Shown in pieces: positions 1-12,127 of a stretch of 64,000 nt of DNA. The notes under the pieces are model-generated. The model ran no database searches and was not told the DNA's origin. It saw nothing but the letters and a program-made list of their open reading frames with translations. The stretch covers positions 135,284,001 to 135,348,000 of the forward strand of contig OZ024740.1 in the NCBI GenBank assembly GCA_964016885.1, read 5' to 3'. A program made the position numbers and the translations under genes. The DNA is from Eledone cirrhosa (lineage: Eukaryota). Every line of letters begins with the position of its first letter. Position 1 is the first letter of the stretch.

Positions 1-569
1 TTGAATGGACAGAAACTGTGGAACCCTGTTAAATAGACTGGACAATATCTGTTCTTTGGGGGTGGACTTAATCCATTGTCAGGTTTAAGACTATAGCTGG
101 GTCTTTGGGAATCTTTAGAGGAGTTCACACTGTTCAAACATTCAGACAGAATCTAGTTTGGTGTTATACGTTCTTCTTCCTTTTCTCCCACCAGTCTCAG
201 ATACCCTATATAATGTCTTCGGCCCAACACTTCCACCTCTGGCAAAGCCATAAAAAATATATGCAATAAAATAGTGTATCATGTTATGTAAGGAATAGAG
301 TAGAACTGGAGTATAATTCCTATTGGAGGAGATTAGACATTTTAGAATAATTGAATCTGAATAATTCTTGGAAGAATAGAGAAGTATAAGCCCGAGAATG
401 AAAAAGTGATTTGTGAAACACTTGAGTAGGTCCAAGAGTGAAATATTGATTGTATAGCACAGCAACAGCCTTAAGTATTAAGTAGCAATTTTTGTGGGAC
501 AGAATCAGACACGTGAATGAAATACTCATTTCATAGTACAGGAACATTTCATAGTACAGAGTGAAGTAC

Positions 570-738
570 CAATTTTTTAGTAGAAAAACAGGTCTAATTG
601 TGAACTAACAATTTTTATAGCAAAAAAACAGGCCTGAGAATGAACTAGCAATTTTTATAACATAAAAACAGACCCAAGAATGAAGTAGCGATTTTTGTAG
701 CATAGAAACAAGCCCGAGAATGCACTAGCGATTTTTGT
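570..738. repeat. ~40-bp minisatellite, continuing at 2194-2290 after an RTE insertion
   Basis: Repeated unit of the type GAGAATGAACTAGCGATTTTTGTAGCATAGAAACAGGCCC on both sides of the LINE. Confidence 0.8.
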
Positions 739-1829
739 TTGAAGAGTTTAGTGTAAAAGTTGGTGTTCATCAGGGCTCTGTTCTTAGCCCCCTACTATTT
801 ATTATTGCCCTCCAGGCTATAACAGTGGAGTTCAAGACCGGCTGCCCATGGGAACTCCTATACGCAGATGATCTAACGCTCATAGCTGAATCAATGGCCG
901 AGCTAGAGAAGAAATTCCAAACATGGAAGCACGGCCTAGAATCAAAAGGCCTTAAAATTAACCTAGCTAAGACTAAAGTTCTAGTTTGTAAGAAAGAAAA
1001 TAAGGCGGCGGTCCCCTCGGGGAAGTGGCCATGCGCAGAGTGTAGGAAAGGCGTAGGGAGAAATTCCATTTTGTGTCCCAAATGCAAAGTTTGGGTGCAT
1101 AAAAGATGTAGTGGGATCACAGGTAAGTTAATTAAGAACATAGATTTTACATGTGGCCGGTGTTCTGGGAATATAAGTAGCAGCAAGTGCCCACAAAATA
1201 CTAGCTCTTTCAACTGCGAAGAGGGTTCTATAGAAATAGTGGACAGCTTCCATTACCTGGGTGAAAAAATCAGCAGTGGGGGAGGGTGCTCTGAAAGTAC
1301 AGTAGCTAGAGTCAGAACTGGGTGGAAAAAGTTCAGAGAGCTTATACCACTATTAGCCGCTAAAGGGTTCTCCCTAAAAATGAAAGGCAGGCTGTACGAT
1401 GCCTGCATACAAACAGCAATGTTGCATGGCAGTGAGACCTGGGCATTGTATGCAGAGGATATACGCAGACTAGAGAGAAACGAAGCTTGCATGCTCCGCT
1501 GGATGTGTAATAGTAATATACGTGAACGACAAAGCATAAACGAACTAAGGAAAAAATTAGAAATAAGAGGGATCAGATGTTGTTTACTAGAGAGAAGGCT
1601 ACGTTGGTATGGTCACGTGATGCGTATGAAGGATGATAGCTGTATAACAAAGTGCAGGGCAATAAAGATAGACGGTAGCCACGGAATAGGCAGACCCAGA
1701 AAAACCTGGGACGAGCTGATAAACTCCGACCTCACACACTTACACCTCACCAAGACAATGTCACTGGACCGAGACCTTTGGCGGTACTCAGTAATAGAGA
1801 AGACCCGCCTTGCCAGTAGGCATCTCTAA
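735..1829 (+). CDS. C-terminal part of RTE reverse transcriptase with embedded PHD-like finger (truncated, not a true start)
   Basis: Uninterrupted 364-aa frame with QG and YADD motifs and C4HC3 spacing at 1032-1163. Confidence 0.9.
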   Translation: MFEEFSVKVGVHQGSVLSPLLFIIALQAITVEFKTGCPWELLYADDLTLIAESMAELEKKFQTWKHGLESKGLKINLAKTKVLVCKKENKAAVPSGKWPCAECRKGVGRNSILCPKCKVWVHKRCSGITGKLIKNIDFTCGRCSGNISSSKCPQNTSSFNCEEGSIEIVDSFHYLGEKISSGGGCSESTVARVRTGWKKFRELIPLLAAKGFSLKMKGRLYDACIQTAMLHGSETWALYAEDIRRLERNEACMLRWMCNSNIRERQSINELRKKLEIRGIRCCLLERRLRWYGHVMRMKDDSCITKCRAIKIDGSHGIGRPRKTWDELINSDLTHLHLTKTMSLDRDLWRYSVIEKTRLASRHL

Positions 1830-2193
1830 CAAAATACACCCCGTCCCACCACCACCACCACCCCCACCCCATCCACACCACCCCGTTCTATGTAAAGTTA
1901 TGTTGGTGCCGCGCCATCCAGGCCGAAACAAATGAGATCGTGTAGGTGTCACGACAAAAAAACACACAGTATACGCTGTAATGTGGCCGTGTAGGCAACA
2001 CGGTAAAAACCTCCCAGACCCACACTGTAAATGTGGTTGGTGTTAGGAAGGGCATCCAACTGTAGAAAACCTGCCAGACAGTCCTATGCGAGCAAGAAAA
2101 TCACTCTTGCCTCAAGTGGGACTACCCCCGTCCAAACCCATGCAAGCATGGAACACGGACGTTAAACGTTGATGATGATGATGATGATGATGA
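739..2193 (+). mobile_element. 5'-truncated RTE-clade LINE (subfamily A) with 3' UTR and (GAT)n tail
   Basis: RT motifs GVHQGSVLSP and LLYADD, C-terminal LRWYGHV and GRPRKTW motifs, UTR with GGAAGGGCATCC, GAT tail at 2171-2193. Confidence 0.95.
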
Positions 2194-2605
2194 GAAACAA
2201 GCCTGAGAATACACTAGCGATTTTTGTAGCATAGAAACAGGCCCGAGAATGAAATACTGTTGTAGCACAAGAACAGACCTGAGAACAAGCTAAATCAAAT
2301 TACAATATAAAAAAATGTGACAAAATGTGTTTTTGTGACTAGCTGTTTTTGTTTAGTCCCAAGCCCTAAAATCAAATGCATTTCAGCCACAGCCATTCCT
2401 TCATTGTGTTTAGGAATATTGTATCTAGGACTACATTATTCAAACATCCTTCCTTAGTAGGGTGTGTTAAAAGATTTGCTGCTTTTTTTCATAGGGAGAA
2501 AACTTTTGTTGTCAACAGACGGAATAGCTCTCGAAACTTCTTCCATCTAATCCTTATTCCAGCTCTCAGAGTACCCACCTCCACTGCTAATTTGATTACT
2601 TAGGT

Positions 2606-4102
2606 ATCATCATCATCATCATCGTTTATCTTCCACGCTAGCATGGGTTTAGACGGAAATTGTCCCACTTGAGGCAAGATTGGTCGTCTCTTTTGTATAG
2701 GACTGTCTGGCGGGTTTTCTACGGCTGGATGCCCTTCCTAACACCAACCACGTTTACAGTGTGGACTGGGAGGTTTTTACCGTGTTGCCTACACAGCCAC
2801 ATTACAGCGTGGACTGTGTTTTTTTGTTGTGACACCTACACAACCTCATTTATTTAGGACTGGATGTTGTGGTATCAACATAACTTTACAGAGAAAGGGG
2901 TCGTGTTAATGGGGGTGGGGGATAGGGGACTTGGGGTAGTGGGATGGAGGTGCCTACTGACTGTAGGTTTCACTTTGTACTTAGGCAAGGCGGGTTTTCT
3001 GTATTACTGCGTAGCACCAAAGATCTCGGTCCAGTGACATTGTCTTGGAGAGGTGTAAGTGTGTAAAGTCGGAATTTATCAAATCGTCCCAGGTTTTTCT
3101 GGGTCTGCCTACTCCGTAACTTCCGTCAATTTTGATCGCCCTGCACTTTTTTATACAGCTGTCGTCTTTCATGCACATCACGTGACCATACCAATGTAGT
3201 CTTCTCTCGAGTAAACAGCATCTGATCCTTCTTATAGCCTAATTTCTCACTTAGTTCATTTATGCTTTGCTGTTCACATATATTACTATTACACATCCAG
3301 CGGAGCATGCATGCTTCGTTCCTCTCCAGTCTGTGCAGATCCTCTGTACACAATGCCCATGTTTCACTGCCATGTAACATAGCTGTTCGTATGCAGGCAT
3401 CATACAGTCTGCCTTTCATTTTTAGAGAGAAACCTTTAGCAGCCAATAGTGGTATAAGCTCTCTGAACTTTTTCCATCCCGTTCTGACTCTGGCTACTGT
3501 ACTTTCTGAGCACCCTCCACCACTGCTGACTTTGTCACCCCGGTAACGGAAGGTGTCCACTATTTCTATAGAGCCATCTGGGCAATAGAAGGAGCTAGTA
3601 TCCTGTGAGCGCTTGCTAGTTATTGCACCTGAGCACTGGCCACATATAAAATCTACGTTCTTAGATAGCTTACCTGTGATCCTACTACATCTTTTATGCA
3701 CCCATACTTTGCATTTGGGACATAAAATGGAATTTCTGCCTACTCCTTTCCTACACACTGAGCATGGCCATTTCCCATTTTCCTTCCTACATACTAGTAC
3801 TTTAGTCTTAGACAAGTTAACTTTAAGGCTTTTGATTCTAGGCCATGCTTCCATGTTTGGAATTTCTTCTCTAGTTCAGCCATCGATTCAGCTATGAGCG
3901 TTAGATTATCTGCATAGAGAAGTTCCCATGGGCAGCCGGTCTTGAACTCCTCTGTTATAGCCTGAAGGGCAATTATAAATAGGGGGGGGCTAAGGACAGA
4001 GCCCTGATGAACACCAACTTTTACGCTAAATTCTTCATTATATTCGTTGTTAATTCTAACCTTGCTGACTGTTTCTTTATACATGGCTTGTATAGCTCTC
4101 AC
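2606..4102 (-). mobile_element. 5'-truncated, frameshifted RTE LINE (subfamily A variant)
   Basis: ORF pieces 3794-4102, 3126-3854 and 2981-3181 closely match the 735-1829 protein. YADD has become YADN. (ATC)n tail at 2606-2623. Confidence 0.95.
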
Positions 4103-4127
4103 AAGTTTTCTAAGGGCCCACCCACTT

Positions 4128-4400
4128 CTATGGATGTGATTGGAGAAGGATTATGTTTCTGCCCCTCTTACTATCAATTATCCCTGTACATCTATTACAT
4201 ACAAAGTTTTCTTTTCTTGTTAGTCTGCCTGCTATTAAACCTCTTGTATACTCAAGATTTGCATTGTGTACATCATAGAGTTTATGCCTATTCCTTTTCT
4301 GCATGTCTAACATGCACTTACCTGATGGGATCAGGGTCCTGTCTTCCTTCCTAGTTAATAACACTTTAGTATTTTTCTAAGTTTACTTTTAATTGTAAAT
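4128..4400 (-). mobile_element. Older degraded RTE fragment (finger region)
   Basis: Translation contains IPSGK...GRLTRKENFVCNRCTG, similar to the finger region of the younger copies. Confidence 0.6.
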
Positions 4401-5014
4401 TCTGTTTCCAGTCAGGAGAACGTGGGGGCAATGTCCTCAAACACGCCTTGTAGCGGGTCCTGTCAGAAGCAACCATCTCCAATTGATGCAGCTGGGTATC
4501 CAAGTGAGACCAGCGAAGCTCATGGATATTATCCAACTTCATGACCCTAGGTAAAGGTTGGCACTAATAACAAAGTGTACAACTACCTCAATTCCTCTGA
4601 TGACTGAATGCTGATCCAACATAATTATATGTAATAAATTTACTTAAGTTACGCCTGAAATATGAGATAAATAATGAGAAAGTTATTTTACTAAATCTCT
4701 CAAAATTCTTGATTATTTGAAAATTATACAATATTTCTCATTAAAAATATGATAACAAAAGGGTTAATCTGACTCAGAAATTGTATAGTTCTTAATTTAT
4801 CAACACCATGGTAATTAAATGGAAAATCAATCCCAGTGAGATTTGAACCAAGAATTTAGTTAGAAGGAGCTAAATAATGTATGCTATTTCATCTAGTACT
4901 TTATTTCATTAACCCCAGAAGGATGAAAGGCAAAGTTAATCACTGTAGGATTTGAACTTAAAACATTGAGAAATGTAATTAATACTGCAATGCATCGCAT
5001 TTAATTCATAATTT

Positions 5015-5213
5015 TGGTTTCTGATTTAGGCACAAAACCAACAATTTTGGGGGAGGGGAAAATTGATTAAATCGACTCCAGTGCATATTTATTGACCCCC
5101 TAAGGATGAAATGCAAAACTAACCTCAGCAGGACTTGAACTCAGAACGCAAAGGGCCGTAACTCTATGCTGCAAAGCATGTTCTCTGATGTTCTACTGAT
5201 ACTGCCAATCCAC
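5015..5213 (-). mobile_element. tRNA-derived SINE, family 1
   Basis: Reverse-complement match to the copy at 30142-30335. Further partial copies near 4895-4990, 18385-18525, 26060-26208, 37195-37297, 43815-43945 and 48497-48556. Confidence 0.8.
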
Positions 5214-5312
5214 AACTTGGACCTAAAGCCACATATTTTTAGAAGGGAACATACAACTAAATCAACTACAGTACTTGTGGTACTTACTTTATCAATCCCT
5301 TCAGGAGGAAAG

Positions 5313-5590
5313 GTGGTGGCATGTGGCCTAGTGGTAAGGGTGTTGGATTTATGATCATAATGTTGTGGGTTTGATTCCTGGACTGAGTTGTGCATTGTGT
5401 TCTTGAACAAAACACTTCATTTCACATTGCTCCAGTATATTCAGTTAAAATGAGTACCAGCAGTAGCCGGGGTTTTAATCCTGTGATGGACTGGCATCCT
5501 GACCATGAGGGAATCTTGTACTCCCAGTTGCTTCCCATCACAGAAACTGGGATAAGTATCGGCCTGATGAGCCTCCAGGCTCAAGACAGA
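5313..5590 (+). mobile_element. tRNA-derived SINE, family 2
   Basis: A-box-like TGGCCTAGTGG, B-box-like GGTTTGATTCC, central TTGTGTTCTTGAACAAAACACTT shared with other copies. Confidence 0.75.
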
Positions 5591-6142
5591 TTTTAGATTT
5601 AGACAGGGCAAATTTGATCCCGTTATAATTTGAACTGATCATGTAAAATATTTAATCTGATAATCTTCTGTTTCTGCTCACACTCACCACCCTATATTTT
5701 CTAAAATATAGGCAAAAACTCGTTCACGTCATATTTTTATAAAATTTAGTAAAATCTGATTGTCAAGAAGGATTTTAATACATTTTTTTTTGTTCCATCA
5801 AGCACAAATGTGTTGTTAATAAGATCATTTCACAACCATGTACTTCCAGGACTAAGTCCACTTCACAGCACCTTGAGCAAGTATCTTCTACCATAGCCAT
5901 AGCTTTTGGCTTGGATCTACAATTTTGAGGGGGCCTTACTCATCTCAAGTTCTAGTACTTTTATTTTGTTCTGTTACTTGCAAATACATCATATACACTA
6001 TATGTACATGTGTATACTCATAAATTATACATAAATCAAATGTATCCCACACTGATTACTTAATGAGCAGTTTGAAATGGGGCCTACATGTCAAATCTTG
6101 CCTGGCTCTGTTATCATTTTATATCTGGCTTGAGCCTATTAC

Positions 6143-6210
6143 CACCTTCGCACATGCAGCAGTCTCCAGGGGTTCATTTCCATCAGACTACTTTCACTGT
6201 AGTAGCTCCA
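6143..6210 (-). CDS. Candidate host exon (WSYYSESSLMEMNPWRLLHVRR), product unknown
   Basis: Acceptor gtttacttaatcag|TGG, donor GTG|gtaata, only one open frame, phase-compatible with 7463-7498. Confidence 0.3.
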
Positions 6211-7094
6211 CTGATTAAGTAAACATATCAAAGATGTTCCAGTCATGACCATCGGGTCATTTTGTATATCTGCTTCAGATATGTATATTTATGTATATTT
6301 TGTATATTTTTTATATCTGCTTCAGATATTTCTAGTGAACTGAGGGTGTTTACATAATTCCTCATTTTTAATTGTAAAGATTTATATTTATTATATATGT
6401 ACACACCTTTATCATTTCAACCGGTCACTGTTTCGTGAAGCCAATTTGTGATTATATTCTGTTAGAGATCATTCAAACAGGACATTATGTTGAATAGATC
6501 ATATGGTATTAAAATACTTTGTATATTTACTTGTTTAATGCAGAAACTTTTCAATTGTCATTCATCTTTAGACGCAATTTACATTGATAAAATGGCTACA
6601 TAATTATCTACCACATTCTTATTGGCTATATTCCAAAATGTTCCGGCTTTTGACTTCGAATATATTATTTATTAGCGACGTGTTGATTAAACAGTTGTTT
6701 TTTATTTTTTTCATTTGTTTAAAATGTTGTTTGAAGTAATAATAATTTCGAGGTTCGTGTTCGCCAACAGGCTATGTTATTCGCAAACTGGCTATGACAC
6801 GCCACACAAAACAGTTATCCTACCAAATAATACACATATCAGGAATACCTTTTCTTTACAGACCATAAATACTAGCTTCTGCTCTTCACTGGTGTATTAA
6901 CCGCTATTAGAAATTCAATATGATAAAGATAAACGATAAAAAAAGCAGAAAAAATGTTTGTTGTTGCACCATCCCTTTATACAACATCATTAAACATAGA
7001 TGCACGCATTTGCAGCATGTTTTTTTTTCTTCTTTATACAGTTAGCTATCTGTCTATCTATCTATCTATGTTTGTTTTTATATTTTTTACACGA

Positions 7095-7170
7095 CTGTAT
7101 GTAAAATCCCCGGCATGTCTTTGTATTGTCCCCTTTTCTTGTTGCGCCCTTGTGGCTAATAAAGATATCT
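7095..7170 (+). mobile_element. 3' end of L1/Tx1-type LINE inside a TATC microsatellite
   Basis: TTTGTATTGTCCCC...CCCTTGTGGCTAATAAAGA followed by (TATC)n. Same tail type as at 13326, 21481 and 33166. Confidence 0.7.
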
Positions 7171-7462
7171 ATCTATCCATCTATATATATATATATATAT
7201 ATAGATATAGATATATAAACCAGTAAAGAGCGACAGGTATCTATAGTGGTCGTACACACAAAATACTTCATATGATAACCGAATGTAAACCATTTATTCT
7301 CAACACCACATACACGAATACATGAATATGATATTAAAAATTACTTCTGATACTTCAATATAAACAATGCTAGCGAATAAAGAAGTGGGGGGGGGGGCAC
7401 ACAAGTCCCATACACACATATTACACATACGAAAGTGAAAATACAACAAAATGACGCCGTAC

Positions 7463-7498
7463 CTTTTGTTTGGGATTTACTTCGATCACTGCCGACAT
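7463..7498 (-). CDS. Candidate first coding exon (MSAVIEVNPKQK), product unknown
   Basis: acaacacATG start, 12 codons, donor AAG|gtacgg, in unique and relatively CpG-containing sequence. Confidence 0.3.
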
Positions 7499-9329
7499 GT
7501 GTTGTCCAATAGTAAATTAGAGGGGTTTATTAAAATGTATTTCGGTTTAGTAACCTATTGTACTAGAAAACACCAAGCAGAGCCATCAAGCAGCAGCAAG
7601 AACTCAGCAACAGTGCGAGTGTCAACGAGACATGTGATAGTCGGTGTCGCGTTTCTACACATCGATTTTTGAAATAAATAAATAAATAAATAAATAAACA
7701 TTCCAATCGACCGATTTTTAATAGAATAGATACTGTTGATATTTTTTCTCACTATTCAATCCGCTTTTTTCTTTGTTTTCCGATACGGAAACATGTTCGA
7801 TGAATTGATACGGAACCTACGGCATTAAAAAGCAAATAAACAAAAACAAAATATTTATCCTATGTACAAGTTCATATATCCGCCGACATCAATGTACTGG
7901 GCTATACAGTGATGAAATGCATATATAGAATTTTAGACTATTGGGAATGCTATGGTCTATAGATAAAGACTGAGTCATATGCATATTCACTCAATCAAAT
8001 AGTGGAACGATAAAGCATTCCCCATTTGAATCTATTGGAGATTCATATACTCAATTTTCTTCTTTTTTTTTTTTGCATGCATACATACACGTTACTCATA
8101 ATTCGGTTAGGAACCTTACACCTAATAGCTACAACCCAGAATCGAAACCGAAACAATGACTCGACTGGCCAGGAATTAATCTATAAAAATATGCTTTCAT
8201 ACTTATATAGTTACATAGACTTTTATACGTATAAAAAGCCTCCGAACTAATTATAAAAAATGTTTGTTATATTAATGTGTATAAATAATAATTTCTTACA
8301 TTGTTACTAGACCTTAGATGTACAATGAAGGGATATAATCGATAAAGTTGATTATAGTAGATGGTTGGTATTCATATTAGCAGGCATTGGTGGGAGAGAG
8401 AGTACAATTCCACTCATGTGGGATTTGAACGCAGAACCTAGAGGGGAGAAAATTATAATGACTAACCACCACTCTAGTGATATATATATATATATATGAA
8501 AATTATAATGACTAACCACCACTCTAGTGATATATATATATATTGTAACCCCTACCCCTTCTGAATTCGAGCTAAATTGGGAGCTCTTATTTAACTGTGT
8601 ATCACCACCCCACCAAGGTAGACTCCACGTGAATTATTAAATGCCACACATATTTGAAAAGAGGGGAAAATGAAGGATTTAGAAAAAGAAGAAAAAAAAG
8701 CAACAGTCAAAAAGCGGGACGGGAAGGGAAAAGAGAAATAGAGCGAATGATTATAGCAAAAATACTTGAGAGAGTGGAAGGGAAGAGAAATCGATGGCGA
8801 CAGAAGTAGCAGAATTTAGTAATGAAGATGTTATTTATTTATTTATTTATTTTATGTATATCTCACCTCGGAGTAATGGTCACCTGATGTCGCAAATGTG
8901 ATATTACATATATATATATACAGATTAGCATTACGAAAGATAGACAAATATATTAATTGACATATACAGTAATCAGACAGAAAGAGAAACTGGTATGAAA
9001 ACAAGCAGGTAAACAGGCTGACGGAAAGATGAATTGACAGGCGAAAGATTGAAACAGAAACATACACATAGAAAGGCGAAGAAGAGACAGTAAGACTGTC
9101 AGACATACCGGCAATCAATCAGACGTTACAGGCAACAGGCAGAATAATACTGCTATGATGGTGTTGGTGTTGATGTAGCACGATGTTGAGGTTAGTAGTG
9201 ATGGTGGTATAGTAATTGAAAATCAATAGAAACAACACTTCATAACTTTATTACACAAACATAAAAAAGCAATCCTATTTATTACACGCATTGCCTCCCA
9301 CCAAAGCAAACACACACGCGTCAATAAGG

Positions 9330-9530
9330 GAGCCTCGAAGTGGCTGCTAACCTTGCTAGAGATAGCAGTCAAATTGCCCTCAAACTATACTCTACTATTT
9401 TGAAAATGGAGAGTCACATTAGATAATGTAGTGTTAGACATATAATATTCGAGAAGATGGGATAGTCATGTCTGGAATATCTTTGATCATAGGTTTGCTC
9501 AGTCCAGGGCTGATCTGGCACAAAACAACT
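9330..9530 (+). repeat. Dispersed retroposon-like repeat with (CAA)n tail. Related copies at 9905-10085 (+), 10785-10990 (-), 12300-12510 (-) and 60165-60340 (+)
   Basis: Shared motifs TAGAAATAGCAGCCAAA, TTTGATCATAGGTCTGCT and GGGGCTAAACAACA. Confidence 0.6.
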
Positions 9531-10339
9531 CACACACATGCATACATATATTTATAAACACACCATCTTTTCAGATCCAACTGATTACTACTACTCTTAA
9601 TTCTTTCGTTTGATGTTACAAATTAAAGAGTCGGGACAACGATGATGATGATAACGATGACGACAGCAGCGGCGGTGCTTGTTCTTGTCGGATAATTTTG
9701 GAAAGGCACAATAAAAGCTTTGTTTTGCAACAGGAAGCAAGCAACGATTCTGATTGATCTGATCAAATCAATCCCTGCTATTCATCGATTTCTCTCCTCC
9801 ATACTCTCTTAGTCATTTCGCAGCGGAAATTACTCCAAGAAAATAAAGTAAGGAACTTTAGATTTAATAAAAATATGAGAGCCATGTCCTTTAATGGTGA
9901 AATTTGTTAGAAATAGCAGCCAAATATTCAAATGATACCTTATTGTCTTAAAAAAAAAAGGGGAAAGGATATCTTGAAAAATATACTTCTTGATAATCCA
10001 AAAGACGTGAAGGTTACGGTGGGAAAGCTTTTTTTTTTATCGTAACTGCACGATTAGGATAGAACTGGGGCTAAACAACAACAGTTGTAAAGCATTCATA
10101 TATATGCGTGACTAAATTAGTGATAAATCATAATTCTGGAGTTAATATGATAAAGTGGCTGAAGTACAAATATTTCTTTGAAATAATGAATGAGTAACTA
10201 CATGAATGAATGACTAAAATAATTAGAAAACACTATAAATATCTAAAAACAGAAAAAGAAGGGAAAGGCAAGGGCTCTGGGGCCACAGAAGAATGGGAAA
10301 GGGGAGGGTGATGGGCCTAGTGCGCGGCGTTGTTTTGGC

Positions 10340-10742
10340 AAAAAATTTCCGCGGACAATGGTCAGCAACACCCGCTGCAACAACCATCCCACCTCATGGG
10401 ACTCCCTACTAAGACAAGCTGCTAACGTTCCGATCTTGCTGAGGAGCTCGGCAGTGCGGGGTCCGAGTACACCTGAGGTCTCGACGGCGACCGGTGCGAA
10501 GAGGAAGCGGCCGGACAATCCCCGGTATTAGTTTGTCTTCCTTTCCTCGGCATTGCGAGCCGCAGTAAAGGGGTTTGTGACTGAAGTGACTGAGTTGGAT
10601 GCGAAGAACTTGTCACAACATGTGGCGTTCAAGATGAGAGATCTACCTCCTTCGAATGAGAAGAGGGTAATTCCATCGGGGCACTTGCCGTTTCCGCGGT
10701 CGAGGCCTGCTGGCTCTAGTTGTGATGGGAAGCCAGCTGCTT
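10340..10742 (-). mobile_element. Decayed C-terminal restriction-like endonuclease (RLE) region of a CRE-like non-LTR retrotransposon
   Basis: Minus-strand translation LEPAGLDRGNGKCPDGITLF...AEERKTN*Y...FAPVAVETSGVLGP...LLQRVLLTIVRGN. GC-rich island. Confidence 0.75.
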
Positions 10743-11576
10743 ACAGGCAGATATCATTCAGCTTACGTTGGATATTCTTTAGTTGTTGTTTAGCTGAAGG
10801 CCAGCCCTGATCGAGCAGACTTATGATCAAAAGCATTCTAGTCACCATTCCGTTTTTTCCCCCTCCTATATACAGGGAACTTATGACCACATTCTGCAAA
10901 GTATTCTTTTCTAAGACAGTTTGGAGTGTGATTTGAAGGAGGTTTAGTTGCTGTTTTTAGTCGGTCGGGCGACCAATAGAGACTCTATCGTTTTCACAAC
11001 AGTGAGTAGATCGAGCGACTACGTAGAAGTCCCCTTATTGACCTATGAATGACTGAACGAATATTTTAGAAGTTATCATTGTTGTTGATGTTACTGTTAA
11101 AAACCAATGTTGGAGAGTGACAAGCCCCTAGCGACCCAAAACCGTGATCCGGGTTCAATTTACATTATTAGTCATACTATTTCACTTATATGTATGCATG
11201 GTCCGTGACTCCAGGGGAAGTCGTAGGGGCGCCGCATTGCCATACAGCGTTTCTAGGGCATTTTAAAACTTGGTAGATTTCTTCCAGAGAAGGATAGAGA
11301 ATGAGAGAATGGAAGTGAGAAAGAGATATGGATGAAGAATCGACCCAGTAGTTGTCTGGTACTTTTTTTTTATCGACCTCGAATGGATGAAAGGCAAGAC
11401 CTCTTAATAATTATGTGTGTTGCCCACATTTCCTTTCTAGGATACATTTAAATCAGATCATGGTTAGCCGTGAATGAGGTTTAATTATGTATTATGTATA
11501 TGGACAAGGCACATCAAAGTCAAATCCTCCAGTCCACATAGTTATAAATAGTTACCACAAATATAGCCAACCTATA

Positions 11577-12127
11577 CAGGGCCGAATTTAGACATGGGGG
11601 AGGGGATTCATGTTTGAGGGGCTCCTCATACAAAAAAAAAAAAAAATTAGAATACACACCAAACCCCCAATTTTAAATATCAAAGTCGACTGCCGCAAGT
11701 AATTGAAATTGAAAAGTTATAAAGACAGATTCTCAAAATCTAACCATCTTCATTTTACATCCACTTGCCACACTGCTTGTGTTAGACAGGTTACATATCG
11801 GAGCGACCTCATCTTGCTCATACATTACATATTTGGCATGATTTCTATGGTGGTTGAATTTGCTTCCTAACACAACCACGTTAGGGTGTTTACTGGGTGC
11901 ATTGCTTTTGCGATACCAGCAAAACCACTTTCACAGCGACATCGAATACTTTTTATTAGAATGAAATTGAGAAAATTTGATGAATTTTTTACCACAGTTC
12001 TCGTTGTCAAAGAGATAAAACTAAAAAGCTCAGCAGAGGGCACAAATAGCTACGACCGTCGCTGGTGCTCTCCATGTGGGTGGCCCGGGACAATTGCCCT
12101 CTTTGTCCCCCATTAAATCCGGCCCTG
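11577..12127. mobile_element. hAT-like non-autonomous DNA transposon
   Basis: TIRs CAGGGCCGAATTTA / TAAATCCGGCCCTG. No clear TSD. Confidence 0.55.

Noticed and set aside
770-1537. ORFs antisense to RTE and Tx1 coding regions (also 3262-3897, 22135-23708, 41064-41348)
   Set aside because: Shadow frames of retrotransposon ORFs
5560-5590. CTGATGAGCC-tcca-GGCTC as a hammerhead
   Set aside because: No GAAA after the stem. It is part of the SINE 3' region
7553-7660. Minus-strand hydrophobic peptide LTLALLLSSCCCLMALLGVF* resembling a GPI signal
   Set aside because: Weak acceptor, and it conflicts with the ATG exon candidate just downstream
8447-8545. ~50-bp tandem duplication ending in TA repeats
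   Set aside because: Ordinary local slippage duplication
9734-9848. Plus-strand segment between a good acceptor and gtaagg donor
   Set aside because: Stops in all three frames. Only a 24-nt microexon reading is possible and nothing supports it
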